From contig JAGXNO010000004.1 of NCBI GenBank assembly GCA_019894975.1, positions 61,721-125,720 of the forward strand: a stretch of DNA of 64,000 nt, given 5' to 3'. The stretch comes from Promethearchaeota archaeon (GTDB lineage Archaea; Asgardarchaeota; Lokiarchaeia; Sigyniarchaeales; SOKP01). A program made the translations under genes and the position numbers. The stretch's first letter is position 1. Each line of letters begins with the position of its first letter. Below the pieces are notes generated by a model. That model was given only the letters and a program-made list of their open reading frames with translations, was not told the DNA's origin and made no database searches. This document shows positions 18,963-29,372 of the stretch, piece after piece.

Positions 18963-19744
18963 GACCTAGAACATTTTAAAACCGTTTGCCAACAATACTG
19001 CTTTAATACTTTTATTTTAGTTAAAGGGGATTCAATAATATTTAGAATTTTATAAAAACCTTTAAACAGAGCCTTATTTCTTATGAAATCTCTGAAAAAC
19101 ATTGCTAAAGGGGAAACTAGAAAATATTCATAATGTTCAAGATTACCAAATACTGCATTTGCAACCTCTATATCTGAAACATATAGGGGGTGCTCATGTT
19201 GAGTCCTTTTTTCTGGCGCAAAGAACTTTCTATTTAGCTCAACTATTATATTTTTTTTCAATGGTTCAATAAACACAATATATCCTTTATATTTGAGTAT
19301 TCTCTTACACTCTTTAAAGAATAATTCAAGATTAGGTAAATGGTGTATTACTCTTGACCCCACAATCATATCAAACGATTTATTTTCAAAATCTGGGATT
19401 TGAGCGTTCATTTCTCGAAAATCAATGTGTAATCCTCTTAATTTAGCTTCAATCTTACAAACTTCGATTGAATTTTTAGAGAGGTCTATTCCTGTTACAA
19501 TCGCACCTTTTTGGGCTAAATAAAAAGACAAAGTCCCACTGCCACATCCCACATCTAGAATTTTTTTATTTTTAACATCTCCTAACTTTTCTTTAAATTT
19601 TACATTCGCTCTGCGGAAGAAGCTTTCCCCTTCTAAATCATAATCTCCGCTGGAACTACCCACAGCTTTGCTATAATATTTTTTTTCGTTTTCGAAAATC
19701 TGATTATATTTTGAAAGGATTTTCTGACGTTCTTCTAAGTTCAT
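18959..19744 (-). CDS. Class I SAM-dependent methyltransferase
   Basis: ILDVGCGSG, GIDLS, VIHHL, FIEP. Confidence 0.88.
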   Translation of the reverse strand: MNLEERQKILSKYNQIFENEKKYYSKAVGSSSGDYDLEGESFFRRANVKFKEKLGDVKNKKILDVGCGSGTLSFYLAQKGAIVTGIDLSKNSIEVCKIEAKLRGLHIDFREMNAQIPDFENKSFDMIVGSRVIHHLPNLELFFKECKRILKYKGYIVFIEPLKKNIIVELNRKFFAPEKRTQHEHPLYVSDIEVANAVFGNLEHYEYFLVSPLAMFFRDFIRNKALFKGFYKILNIIESPLTKIKVLKQYCWQTVLKCSRS

Positions 19745-19862
19745 TATTCTTTCATATCAATATCCATTTTTTTTCAATTATAATTTCACTTGATATAAAA
19801 TGGAAAAAATTTCTTATTAATTATGGTTTAAGATTAAATAAGATTTAAAATATTTTAGAAAT

Positions 19863-21608
19863 ATGAATGAAACGAATACTCCAGAAGCGATTTATACCAG
19901 TATATTAGCTAAGAATATTAAAATTAAAAAAGGTATTATTTCCTTAATCCATTTATTACGAGAACTCGAAAATGATGATCTGTTGATTGATGCTAAAGAA
20001 ATTACTACCAAGTTAGCTACAAAATTTAAAGAAATCTATGATATTTTTATCCACATTTTCGAAACTGAACAAAATTCCTTAACGCGATTAGTAATTGTAA
20101 AACTTTTGATTATTACTTTCCCAGATAAATGTATAAGGTTTATACAAGAGCAAATAGAGCGAGAATCCTCAGCTATATTTCTAACTTTCCTTTATAGCTT
20201 CTTGAGATCTCAGACAACTGAAACATCTGAAATTTTAAAGAAGAATCTAGTTAAAAAATATGCAAATAAATATGATCTCGATTTAAAAGAATGTCCGTTT
20301 TTAATAGATTTAGAAAAAACTCAAATTAATAAGATAAAACAACTCGATATTACCATAGGTTATTTCAGGAAATTCGCTACAGATGATATTAATGTATTGG
20401 AGAATTCTTCCCATTTTAATTATGTTGTAAAGAATCGTCATATTCACGCATTGGACCTTAGTCGTTGGGAATTAAAAGAAATACCCGAATCTATTTGTTT
20501 ACTTTTAGAATTAACATATCTGAATTTATCGGGTCTTGGATTAACATCTTTACCTCAATCTATGGGGGATTTGTTAAAACTTGATTATATTAACTTGAGT
20601 GGTAATGAAATAAATAAAATACCGGAATGGCTACTTGAAATTGCGCGAATTCGAATCTCAAAAACTTATTTAAATGAAGGTGTTATATCCTCCGAAGTAA
20701 TTACATTAGCAATTATTGAGATTTTTAACGGGGAGAAGCTACAAAAGATCGAACAAACTGCTAATATTTTATATTGGGATACTGCTCTTCATTACAAAAT
20801 AAATAATGATGGAAACATTCTTGGTGTATATCTCAAAAATGAGAATTTAAAACTTAGTTTATTTCCAGAGCAAATTTGTGAGCTGAAATTTCTTGAAGAA
20901 TTAGAAATTCCTGATTCTTCTATTCAAACTCTACCTAAATGTATTGGAAACCTAAAATCTCTCAAATATTTTAATCTGTATAACAATAGGATTAATTTTA
21001 TTCCTAAAACAATTGAAAATCTAATAAATTTGGAATATTTGGATCTTGATGATAATGATATGTCTGAAAGTTTTTTATTGGGTTTAAGATGGTATAAAAT
21101 TGGGCAACAGTATCTAGAAGTAGGGGAATTTAACAATGCAATTTTAGAATTGAACGATACTTTGAAAATTTATCCAAAAAACAAGTATGGATGGTATCAT
21201 CTGGGTATTGCACATAAAGAATTAGGAGAAGATAAAGAAGCAGAAAAAGCTTTTAAAACTTTTTTAGAAATTGGTAATACTAATTCACTGGTATGGAGTG
21301 AATTGAGTGAAATCTATCATTCAAATATGGAATATAACAAAGCTATTGAAGCCATTAAACATGCTATTGATATGGAACCTGAAGTAGCCATTTTATATAG
21401 TAATCTTGCTTTTAATTACAAGAAATTAGGAAAATATGAAGATGCTATAAAAGCATACTCTCGTTCACTTGAAATCTTCCCTGATAATATATATGTATGG
21501 AGAGATCTTGCATCGATCTATCGAGACAAAGGTGAAATCATAAAGGCAATTGATGCTGATGAACATGCATTAGAATTAGAACGTAAATCTAATATTAACT
21601 TAGATTAG
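19863..21608 (+). CDS. Leucine-rich repeat plus TPR protein
   Basis: LxxLxLSxN repeats in two blocks, followed by about 5 TPR motifs. Confidence 0.88.
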   Translation: MNETNTPEAIYTSILAKNIKIKKGIISLIHLLRELENDDLLIDAKEITTKLATKFKEIYDIFIHIFETEQNSLTRLVIVKLLIITFPDKCIRFIQEQIERESSAIFLTFLYSFLRSQTTETSEILKKNLVKKYANKYDLDLKECPFLIDLEKTQINKIKQLDITIGYFRKFATDDINVLENSSHFNYVVKNRHIHALDLSRWELKEIPESICLLLELTYLNLSGLGLTSLPQSMGDLLKLDYINLSGNEINKIPEWLLEIARIRISKTYLNEGVISSEVITLAIIEIFNGEKLQKIEQTANILYWDTALHYKINNDGNILGVYLKNENLKLSLFPEQICELKFLEELEIPDSSIQTLPKCIGNLKSLKYFNLYNNRINFIPKTIENLINLEYLDLDDNDMSESFLLGLRWYKIGQQYLEVGEFNNAILELNDTLKIYPKNKYGWYHLGIAHKELGEDKEAEKAFKTFLEIGNTNSLVWSELSEIYHSNMEYNKAIEAIKHAIDMEPEVAILYSNLAFNYKKLGKYEDAIKAYSRSLEIFPDNIYVWRDLASIYRDKGEIIKAIDADEHALELERKSNINLD

Positions 21609-21616
21609 CAAATTCA

Positions 21617-22270
21617 TCAGGAGTCTCCCTCTATATAACCCTTAATGTATTGTCTTACGCTATCAGCAGGGCTATATATCCCAAAATGGCCCTCACATAA
21701 TATATCCGCATTCAAGTTTAGTAGTTTCCTTAGAGAATTTTGGTAATCCGTAAAATTACTGATACCTGGAATTATTGGGCCGTGTAAATCTTGACCAAAA
21801 AGAATTTTTTTTCCTTCTATTTCTATTAAAATAGAAATTGAACCTGGTGTATGTCCAGGGGTGTGGATACATTCAAAATCATATTTCCCAAGATGTAATA
21901 TTTCATCTTCTCTAAATCTCTTTGACAATTTTATAGGTTTATATTTTATGCTATACCACGAAGCAACTGTTTCTCGATCATGGCCTTCTTCTTCGATTGC
22001 ATCTGCATCTAAATCATGAGCGTAGAAGTTAACTTTGCTGTTGAATTGTTTGAGATCTGAGCAAATAGCTATGTGATCGATATGCATATGAGTCAGAATA
22101 CAATGTTTAATATCCATTGGGTTTAAACCTAGTTTTTTGATTCTTTTAATCATCCCTAAACTCATTCCACAATCAATTAAAACAAGACCCTCTTCACTTT
22201 GAGTATCAACCATAAAAACAGAGCATCCAGAATCTCCTACATGGTACACATTCTTAAAAACTTCTTTCAT
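21617..22270 (-). CDS. Metallo-beta-lactamase-fold hydrolase (glyoxalase II-like)
   Basis: THMHIDH, HTPGHTPGS, GQD, EGH. Confidence 0.88.
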   Translation of the reverse strand: MKEVFKNVYHVGDSGCSVFMVDTQSEEGLVLIDCGMSLGMIKRIKKLGLNPMDIKHCILTHMHIDHIAICSDLKQFNSKVNFYAHDLDADAIEEEGHDRETVASWYSIKYKPIKLSKRFREDEILHLGKYDFECIHTPGHTPGSISILIEIEGKKILFGQDLHGPIIPGISNFTDYQNSLRKLLNLNADILCEGHFGIYSPADSVRQYIKGYIEGDS

Positions 22271-22314
22271 AACTTATCAAATCCTATTTAATTATTATTT
22301 TCTTTTACTATATC

Positions 22315-23121
22315 TTATTTGTTTCCTAAAACCTCATTAAGTAGAAAATCTACACTTTGCAAAGTCTTTTTAACTGATTTATTTTCAATAATTAGATTTT
22401 TTTTTTTAAAACTTGGAACTTTCGAAAATAATGCTTTAATTGGAATTGTTCCCTCCTCCAAGCTTCCATGTGTATCTTTCCCAAAATTGTTTGATAAATG
22501 AATTGCAATTATAGGAAAGTCAAAAATAATAGAAATATCTTCTATTAAAGCGTTAGAATCAATATAAAAGGTATTCAGATGTCCTATATCGAGTAGGAAG
22601 TTTAGATCAGGGAAAATCTTGTTATAATAAAGGATATCATTTACATTTTCAATTAAACCCGTTGTTGTAGATTTTTGACGGTTTTCAAGTGCTAATGGTA
22701 TTGAATAGAAATCAGAGATTTTCATTAATTCTGAAATTGTTTTAATTTGTTGTTTATGGGCCTTTACTTTTACTGAAGGTACTTGATAAAACGTGTTACT
22801 AATCTTTCCCGTATGTACAACTGTATAAAGAGGATCCCATCTCTTTATGAAGACAATTTCCTTTTCCAATAATTTACTTGCAGAATAGCGCATATTATTA
22901 TCAATTGAGGCAATATTCACATCAATAAATGATAAATGGAAGGAGAGTTGTATGCCTGACGAGTTTAGTTTATTAATAAGTTTTATTGAATTTTTCCGAT
23001 ATTTTGGAATTTTAAATATTGGATTATCTAACTGAATTTCACATATATCGATATTTAGATTAAGAATTGAATTTAATATCCCTTCAAAATCCCAGTTTGC
23101 ACGAATTGAAATTCCTAACAC
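22315..23121 (-). CDS. Sugar phosphate isomerase/epimerase (xylose isomerase-like TIM barrel)
   Basis: VVHTG, ALEN, LDIGH, IHLSNN..DTH, IIEN. Confidence 0.75.
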   Translation of the reverse strand: MLGISIRANWDFEGILNSILNLNIDICEIQLDNPIFKIPKYRKNSIKLINKLNSSGIQLSFHLSFIDVNIASIDNNMRYSASKLLEKEIVFIKRWDPLYTVVHTGKISNTFYQVPSVKVKAHKQQIKTISELMKISDFYSIPLALENRQKSTTTGLIENVNDILYYNKIFPDLNFLLDIGHLNTFYIDSNALIEDISIIFDFPIIAIHLSNNFGKDTHGSLEEGTIPIKALFSKVPSFKKKNLIIENKSVKKTLQSVDFLLNEVLGNK

Positions 23122-23187
23122 AATAACACAAGTAATATTAATTCCTAAATAATTTTAGGGATTAAACTTAATACTTAATTGATATAA

Positions 23188-23808
23188 ATGCCAGCAAAAG
23201 GAGATGGTTTGGTTTCAAAATATATAAATAGACATATTTCTCGTCCATTAACAAAATTAATTTTGCATTTTTGGCCAAATTGTAACCCAAACATAATATC
23301 TATCACATCAGCTTTAACTGGAATTATTGGTTCAATTTTTTTTTGTATGAATTTTCCTCTTTTAGGAGGAATCATCGTCCAAATAGCAAGTATCATAGAT
23401 GGTTCTGATGGGGAAGTTGCCCGTGCTAATGAGAGAACTTCTTTTTTTGGAGGTTTCTTTGATTCTGTGATGGATAGGTATGTTGATGTTTTTATTTTTA
23501 TAGGTCTAACAATATACTCACTTAATGTTCTTTTGATTACACATGGATTTATACTGGGAATAATTGCTATCATAGGAGCCTATTCAATAAGTTACACTGC
23601 CGCTAAAGTTGAGTTGAAAGAAGGTATTGATTTTTCCAGAACAATTCAAGGACGTGATACAAGACTATTTATTGTGTTTTTAGCGGGGATTTGTGCAATC
23701 TTCTCAGACTGGGCAGTTCCAATATGTTTAATCTTAATTTCAATAATTACTCATTGTTCTGTTATTTTAAGAATCAATCAAGTTAGAAAAAAAAAGGATT
23801 TGTATTAA
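23188..23808 (+). CDS. CDP-alcohol phosphatidyltransferase, di-myo-inositol-phosphate phosphate synthase (DIPPS)-like
   Basis: KGDGLVSKYINRHISR N-terminus, DGSDGEVARA..GGFFDSVMDRYVD, RDTRLF; neighbours IPCT and ino1. Confidence 0.75.
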   Translation: MPAKGDGLVSKYINRHISRPLTKLILHFWPNCNPNIISITSALTGIIGSIFFCMNFPLLGGIIVQIASIIDGSDGEVARANERTSFFGGFFDSVMDRYVDVFIFIGLTIYSLNVLLITHGFILGIIAIIGAYSISYTAAKVELKEGIDFSRTIQGRDTRLFIVFLAGICAIFSDWAVPICLILISIITHCSVILRINQVRKKKDLY

Positions 23809-23877
23809 TATCCTTAATCACTCCTTAAATTAGCTAATTTTAAGTAGAAATTTTTTGTTTTATCTCAAAGGAGATAT

Positions 23878-25023
23878 TTATTTTTGAATTGAACTTGTTA
23901 TTTTATTTATTGATTGTATACTTACATCTGAAAGACCGTTAATAAATTCTTCTGTCAGGAGATGGGCTATATCATCACTATATTGTATCGGTGGATGTTT
24001 CATAAAATATGATGATGGTTCGTATAAAGCCCCACCTTGACTTCTTTCCAATGCTAATTTTAAACATCTGATTGCATCAATTACTACTCCCGCAGAATTA
24101 GGTGAATCTTCTACTGAAAGTCGTAATTCAAGATTTATTGGGATATCTCCAAAAATATTTCCCTCCATTCTAATAAAACATACCTTATTATCTTTTTGCC
24201 AAGGAACCCAATCACTTGGACCAATATGTATATTATCATTTTTCAATCTAATTGCTGTCTGTGACTGAACAGCCTCCGTTTTTGATTGCTTTTTAGAAAT
24301 TAATCTATGCTTATCAAGCATATTCAAAAAATCTGTATTACCACCTGTATTAAGTTGGTATGTACGCATAAGTTTTACTCCTCGATTTTTGAATAGATTT
24401 GTTAACACTCGGTGTACTATTGTTGCACCTAATTGAGACTTAATATCATCTCCTATTATTGGTAAGTTTTCATTTTTGAACCTTTGAGCCCACGTTGGAT
24501 CACTCGCAATAAATACAGGGATACAGTTTATGAATCCTACTTTTGCTTTTAACGCACACTCAGCATAAAACTTAGTTGCTTGTTCAGATCCGACCGGGAG
24601 ATAATTTAAAAGCATATCTGCACCTGAATTTCTAAGTTCTTGTATGATTTCTTCTTGTGTTGATTCTCTTTGATCAGATAAAATAAATGTATGTTGTTCA
24701 GTGTAAGAAGACATATGATCGGCAAAACCATCTAAAATTTTTCCCATTTTAACAATAATCCCTGTTTTAGAAATATTTTTATAAAATACTCTTGTACAAT
24801 TAGGTGGTTGAAAAATAGCCTTAGACACATCCTTTCCAACTTTCCTTTGATCAATATCAAAACCCGCCACAACTTCAATATCTCCGGGTTTATATCCACC
24901 AATCTCCCAATGCATTAAACCTATAGCATCATTACTTCTTTTATTTTTATAATAGTAGATTCCTTGAACTAAAGAACAAGCACAATTTCCAAATCCAACA
25001 ATCGCAATTTTAATTTTACTAAT
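23878..25023 (-). CDS. ino1: myo-inositol-1-phosphate synthase (381 aa from inferred ATT start; track starts at internal Met 24915)
   Basis: (M)SKIKIAIVGFGNCACSLVQG Rossmann motif upstream of the track start; NYLPVGS, GDDIKSQLGAT, GGNTDFLNM, DSPNSAG. Confidence 0.9.
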   Translation of the reverse strand: MSKIKIAIVGFGNCACSLVQGIYYYKNKRSNDAIGLMHWEIGGYKPGDIEVVAGFDIDQRKVGKDVSKAIFQPPNCTRVFYKNISKTGIIVKMGKILDGFADHMSSYTEQHTFILSDQRESTQEEIIQELRNSGADMLLNYLPVGSEQATKFYAECALKAKVGFINCIPVFIASDPTWAQRFKNENLPIIGDDIKSQLGATIVHRVLTNLFKNRGVKLMRTYQLNTGGNTDFLNMLDKHRLISKKQSKTEAVQSQTAIRLKNDNIHIGPSDWVPWQKDNKVCFIRMEGNIFGDIPINLELRLSVEDSPNSAGVVIDAIRCLKLALERSQGGALYEPSSYFMKHPPIQYSDDIAHLLTEEFINGLSDVSIQSINKITSSIQK

Positions 25024-25030
25024 TATTACA

Positions 25031-25037
25031 CACCTCC
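25031..25037 (-). promoter_or_regulatory. Shine-Dalgarno GGAGGTG 7 nt upstream of the inferred ino1 ATT start
   Basis: Minus strand reads GGAGGTG-TGTAATA-ATT-AGT-AAA. Confidence 0.6.
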
Positions 25038-25054
25038 ATAGTTTTCAAGTTGTA

Positions 25055-25936
25055 TTAATTTATTTTTAAGATTTTTTTTTTTTTAAACTCTATTTTTTCA
25101 TTATATTTGCTCTTTTCATCTGAACCTGTTGGATTTAGACCAAAAGGACAGATGTTAGAAGATATATTAAAAAGTTTTTTTAATTGATGATAATTTTTGA
25201 AATTATCAATATCTAACCAGATAATATCAGAAAAGTCATAATAACCAACATCTAAATCTGAATCCAGGGCTGATAAGACAATGTCTGTAACACTGAATTT
25301 ATTAAAATGCGATTCAACTTTCTTGCATATCTTTTTAATCACTTCAGTTTTTAATATAAATACTCCCATATCTAAACGATTATATTTAGTCAAATTTTTT
25401 CTAATTTTTAGAATGCTATTATTTTTTCCAAATACTTTTGTTGCATCATTAATGTCATAATATCCTTTTTTATACATTGGATCCGTCGCTAATAGAATAT
25501 CTCTTTTTTTCTTATAGCTCTTAATAATTTTGTTAAAAATATTTTCTGAAAAAATATGATCAGACATCGATAATATAGTATATTCTGAAGAAATTTTATT
25601 TAAACCTAAAAGAAGGCTGTATCCATTTTCTCTCTCTGGAAACTTATTTTCAATAATTTCTAAATCAAGATTTCCCAAACCAATCCATGATCGAGCTATA
25701 GATTTTAAAACCATTTTTCTATATTTAATATTATTAATTAGTCTACTAGTTACAATTTTTATTTTTGTTATTCCTGTTTCAATCATTCCTGAGATAATAT
25801 ATCCTAAAATATTAGAATTACCTAATTTTAAGAAATATTTCTTAAATCTGCCATCGATAAATTTAAATCGGCTAGAATTACCAGCTGCTAAAATTAAACC
25901 TTCTAATTGGTTATTATATGTCATTAATATTACCAT
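25055..25936 (-). CDS. CTP:inositol-1-phosphate cytidylyltransferase (IPCT)-like NTP transferase
   Basis: LILAAGNSSRF, ENGYSLL, MSDHIF, DATKV, DMGVF, WLDID; adjacent to ino1 and DIPPS. Confidence 0.75.
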   Translation of the reverse strand: MVILMTYNNQLEGLILAAGNSSRFKFIDGRFKKYFLKLGNSNILGYIISGMIETGITKIKIVTSRLINNIKYRKMVLKSIARSWIGLGNLDLEIIENKFPERENGYSLLLGLNKISSEYTILSMSDHIFSENIFNKIIKSYKKKRDILLATDPMYKKGYYDINDATKVFGKNNSILKIRKNLTKYNRLDMGVFILKTEVIKKICKKVESHFNKFSVTDIVLSALDSDLDVGYYDFSDIIWLDIDNFKNYHQLKKLFNISSNICPFGLNPTGSDEKSKYNEKIEFKKKKILKIN

Positions 25937-26393
25937 TCTCCATTCAGATTTTTATATTGAAGATAAGAATAAATAATTTAGATTGAATAAATTTTAAAAT
26001 TTAATTTCTATTGATTCCTATTACTACAATCAAGTAAAGATTTTTAAAATCTATCATATTTTAAAATTCAAAATAATTTATGAAACAATTTTAAAGTTCT
26101 TTCATAATAAAACTTCTGATTTATTTGTACTCTTAATAAGATCAATAGATATATAAGTTTTGGTTTTCTCTTAAAAATATAATTTTTTGATTAAACAATC
26201 CTTTAATTAAATAAACATGTGTTTTCATGATACATTTTTTATAAAATCTTATAAAAATTTTTTATTCATTTAAAAATGAGTAATACTCCTATTTTTATAT
26301 TTTAAATAGAACAAATTCATCCGGAAAACTTTCTATTAAACCATTCTTTTTATGGAAATTTAAATTATTATTACTTAATAATATCTGAATTTC

Positions 26394-27233
26394 TTGATTA
26401 GAATGGGAATAAATGAAGCAGAAAATGAAAAGGAAACAACTAAATCATTTACAACTAAATTAAAGAATTATTTAAAAAATCTTTTCGATTTTTCTCAGCT
26501 TGATACAAAAACAATTCTCTATATTATAATCTTTATAATACTAATTGTACTTTCCGTATTCTTGCTGTATTACAATTATTTTGTGGATGAAACATTTATT
26601 TATATACTAATTGCCAAGTGGTTTGTGAATCCAATATGGGATTTAGGCTTTATAGGCATCTTTCTCTTCATCGCAATTATGGGGATTCAGGGATTATTAG
26701 TCCCAATACCCTCGGAGGTAGTTTTATTAGCAACAGGAATTATTTGGGGTTGGTTTTTAGGGGGAATCATGGGGATTATTGGTTCAATGGGCGCGGCTTC
26801 ATTATGTTTTTATGTGAGTAGAAGAGGTGGAAGACCATTAGCTAAAAAGTTTATTGGAGAAAAGGGAATTGATATGGCTGATGATTTAATTCGTAAATAT
26901 GGGATTAAAGCAATAATAGTTTCTAGACTTATACCATTCATCTCTTTTGATGTTATTTCTTATGCCTCTGGACTCGTTGATATCGATTATAAAAAATATT
27001 CAATCGGGACATTAATAGGATCCATATTTCGAGCTTTCTTTTATTCAGTTTTAGGTGTTCTATTAGGATTTTCCCCGCCTATTGATACTGGAGATGTAGC
27101 CCAAATGAGATCTCAAGCAGAGGTATTTAATTGGGTTTTATTGATCGTATTGGCAGTATTAGTATTAATGGTGGTTGCCTATTTCTTCACTGCGAGGTAT
27201 TATGAAAAAAAAAAGCAAGAAATAAAAGATTAG
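26394..27233 (+). CDS. TVP38/TMEM64 (DedA/VTT) membrane protein
   Basis: QGLLVPIPSE, RRGGRPL, RLIPFISFDVISYASG. Confidence 0.88.
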   Translation: MIRMGINEAENEKETTKSFTTKLKNYLKNLFDFSQLDTKTILYIIIFIILIVLSVFLLYYNYFVDETFIYILIAKWFVNPIWDLGFIGIFLFIAIMGIQGLLVPIPSEVVLLATGIIWGWFLGGIMGIIGSMGAASLCFYVSRRGGRPLAKKFIGEKGIDMADDLIRKYGIKAIIVSRLIPFISFDVISYASGLVDIDYKKYSIGTLIGSIFRAFFYSVLGVLLGFSPPIDTGDVAQMRSQAEVFNWVLLIVLAVLVLMVVAYFFTARYYEKKKQEIKD

Positions 27234-27304
27234 ATTCAAACACACTATATTGTATTATTGTGATATTATTTCTTTTTTTAATGGTTATTTTTATATTTTA
27301 GCAC

Positions 27305-27475
27305 ATGAATGAAAAAGATAAACCTACACAAGAAGTATGGTTCAAAGAAAATAACATATATGATTTGAATATGACCGAGTTTTACAAAGAAATCAGTGCA
27401 GCAATAGAAAACAATAATTTACAAACAGTCTATCAACTTTCAAAGATTATTGCTAGATATCATTTTGGAAATTAG
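27305..27475 (+). CDS. Small hypothetical protein, 56 aa (not in ORF track)
   Basis: Manual translation MNEKDKPTQEVWFKENNIYDLNMTEFYKEISAAIENNNLQTVYQLSKIIARYHFGN in an otherwise empty gap. Confidence 0.5.
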   Translation: MNEKDKPTQEVWFKENNIYDLNMTEFYKEISAAIENNNLQTVYQLSKIIARYHFGN

Positions 27476-27726
27476 ATACTTAGAGATTTCATATAGTATT
27501 TTGATTTAATTCCATTTTTTGATATTCAGCTAATCTTCTTAAGGATTAAATCTCGATTTTTCGAATTTTTTGTATAAAAGTTTATGCCCACTACACTTTT
27601 TGTGTACAAAAACTTTTGTTCGTTATAATAATATAAAAATTTTATGATCCGAGAAATTTTATATAGATGAACTCTATTTACTAGATTAAAGGTATTAGAT
27701 ATATTTATTAATTATATTGATGAATT

Positions 27727-27984
27727 ATGAATCTTACCGCAGATTATGAAAAGCTTTTAGAGGATAATTTAAAAGAAGAATTGGAATGGGTGGTACAAGA
27801 GTTCCAGATGTTGTTTAAGCAAAAGATGCTTAAGCAATGTTATTCAAAAGATGATATTTCACTCGGAAACCAAATTCTGGATAACGTTATTGACAACATT
27901 AAAACTAATGAAAACGAAGAATTACTTAATTTATTAGGTACAACGTTAAATAGTATTGAAAAGCAATTTCCAGAATTCTTTTAG
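27727..27984 (+). CDS. Small acidic helical hypothetical protein
   Basis: 85-aa ORF with protein-like composition. Confidence 0.65.
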   Translation: MNLTADYEKLLEDNLKEELEWVVQEFQMLFKQKMLKQCYSKDDISLGNQILDNVIDNIKTNENEELLNLLGTTLNSIEKQFPEFF

Positions 27985-28190
27985 TAGGATTTAAATTCAT
28001 TTATAGCATGTGTTCATAAACGGCTTAATCGATTCCTTAATTTTGATATTTCTTCTTCTTTTTAGAGAAATCAATATTATAAACTCAAATCAGAATAAAT
28101 TAAGAAACCAAAATTCTTTTAAGAACAAGACGCATATTTAAAAAGAGAGAGTTAGTATTATTTATCATAAAATAAGAATTGTAATTTGAT

Positions 28191-29279
28191 ATGATTGAAA
28201 GGATAATTATAGTTCATTGGAGTCTCCAGATCGGACCGGAACCAATAATTCAATATCCTCCCGGAGAAGAAATCCTCCCTAAGGAAAATATCTTAAGAAT
28301 CTGGGCTAAACACGAGTTAAATAAAGAAAACACGATGATAGAATTCACTCCTGAAGAAGGTGAAAATAGCTTTATATCAATTATACAAAACTTTGAAAAT
28401 GAAATGTATTTTTTTATCTTAGTTTATAAAAAGGAAGATTTAATAAACCATTTTGGAAAGGAATCTCCTGATATATTAGCCATCATGAGTAAGAATCTAG
28501 TAGAGTTAATCAATACAAATAAGATTACGAGAGCTGTGTCAGAAGCATATACAACTATAAAAAATTATTCTAAACTAGATAAAGAAGAAAATCTAAAAAA
28601 CTTTTTTCAAGATAAAATAAAAAATACAATCCTACAAATCCTTAGGGATGGAGTGATCTCTAAATCGAATCTTACCAATAAACTAAGAAACGATTATGGA
28701 TTTTCAACATTAAATATTGATTTAATTTTAGTATCTTTTATACGGGAAGATTTAATTGTAAAAAAAAATGTACCTGGAAGCAAAGAGTGTTATTTTTTGA
28801 TAAATGACATAGTTTGTTTGCGAATTCCGCCTCCTATTCTTCCAATAGATCAGAATGATGCAAATCTAACTAAGAAATATAAAGATTCCATAGAAAATTT
28901 TTATTTTAGCTATGATTTAATCTCTGATTTAGAAAATAGAATTATAATACAGACCGTTTTACTAGATAAGGATGTCTTTTCGTTAATTAAAACGCTAAGA
29001 AAAGGAAAACTTTCTTTTAATGAGTGTTTAAATGTTTTAAATAACAACCAAGAACTATTGAACGAATTGTTGGAGAAACAATTCATATTTGAAGCGAAAG
29101 GTTATGTTTATCTCTTTTCAGATGTGAGATTTATAAAGTTTAAACCCTTTTTTGTAATCCAACGGTTATTAGAAAGATATAAACATCAAGAAATTTCTCT
29201 AAATGAATATCTAGCTCATTTAAAATTATTAGCAGAAGATAAAGAAATCCCTAATTCTTTAAATTATGAAATTATTTGA
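28191..29279 (+). CDS. Longin/uDENN-like (NPR2-like) N-terminus plus winged-helix-like domains
   Basis: IIIVHWSLQIGPEPIIQYP resembles the longin/uDENN first beta-hairpin; ILQILRDGVISKSNL is wH-like. Confidence 0.55.
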   Translation: MIERIIIVHWSLQIGPEPIIQYPPGEEILPKENILRIWAKHELNKENTMIEFTPEEGENSFISIIQNFENEMYFFILVYKKEDLINHFGKESPDILAIMSKNLVELINTNKITRAVSEAYTTIKNYSKLDKEENLKNFFQDKIKNTILQILRDGVISKSNLTNKLRNDYGFSTLNIDLILVSFIREDLIVKKNVPGSKECYFLINDIVCLRIPPPILPIDQNDANLTKKYKDSIENFYFSYDLISDLENRIIIQTVLLDKDVFSLIKTLRKGKLSFNECLNVLNNNQELLNELLEKQFIFEAKGYVYLFSDVRFIKFKPFFVIQRLLERYKHQEISLNEYLAHLKLLAEDKEIPNSLNYEII

Positions 29280-29372
29280 ATAATTGAAATTTAAAGAAAA
29301 TAAAAATATAAATATCTCGAAGTCTAAACTTCTTATATCACATAGTAAATAATATTAAAATGAGGAATATAA

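Noticed and set aside
25937-26393. Long AT-rich gap with inverted repeat TTTTATAA-AATC-TTATAAAA as replication origin or MITE
   Set aside because: No ORB-like boxes, cdc6 gene, terminal repeats or target duplications recognised; such palindromes are expected at this AT content.
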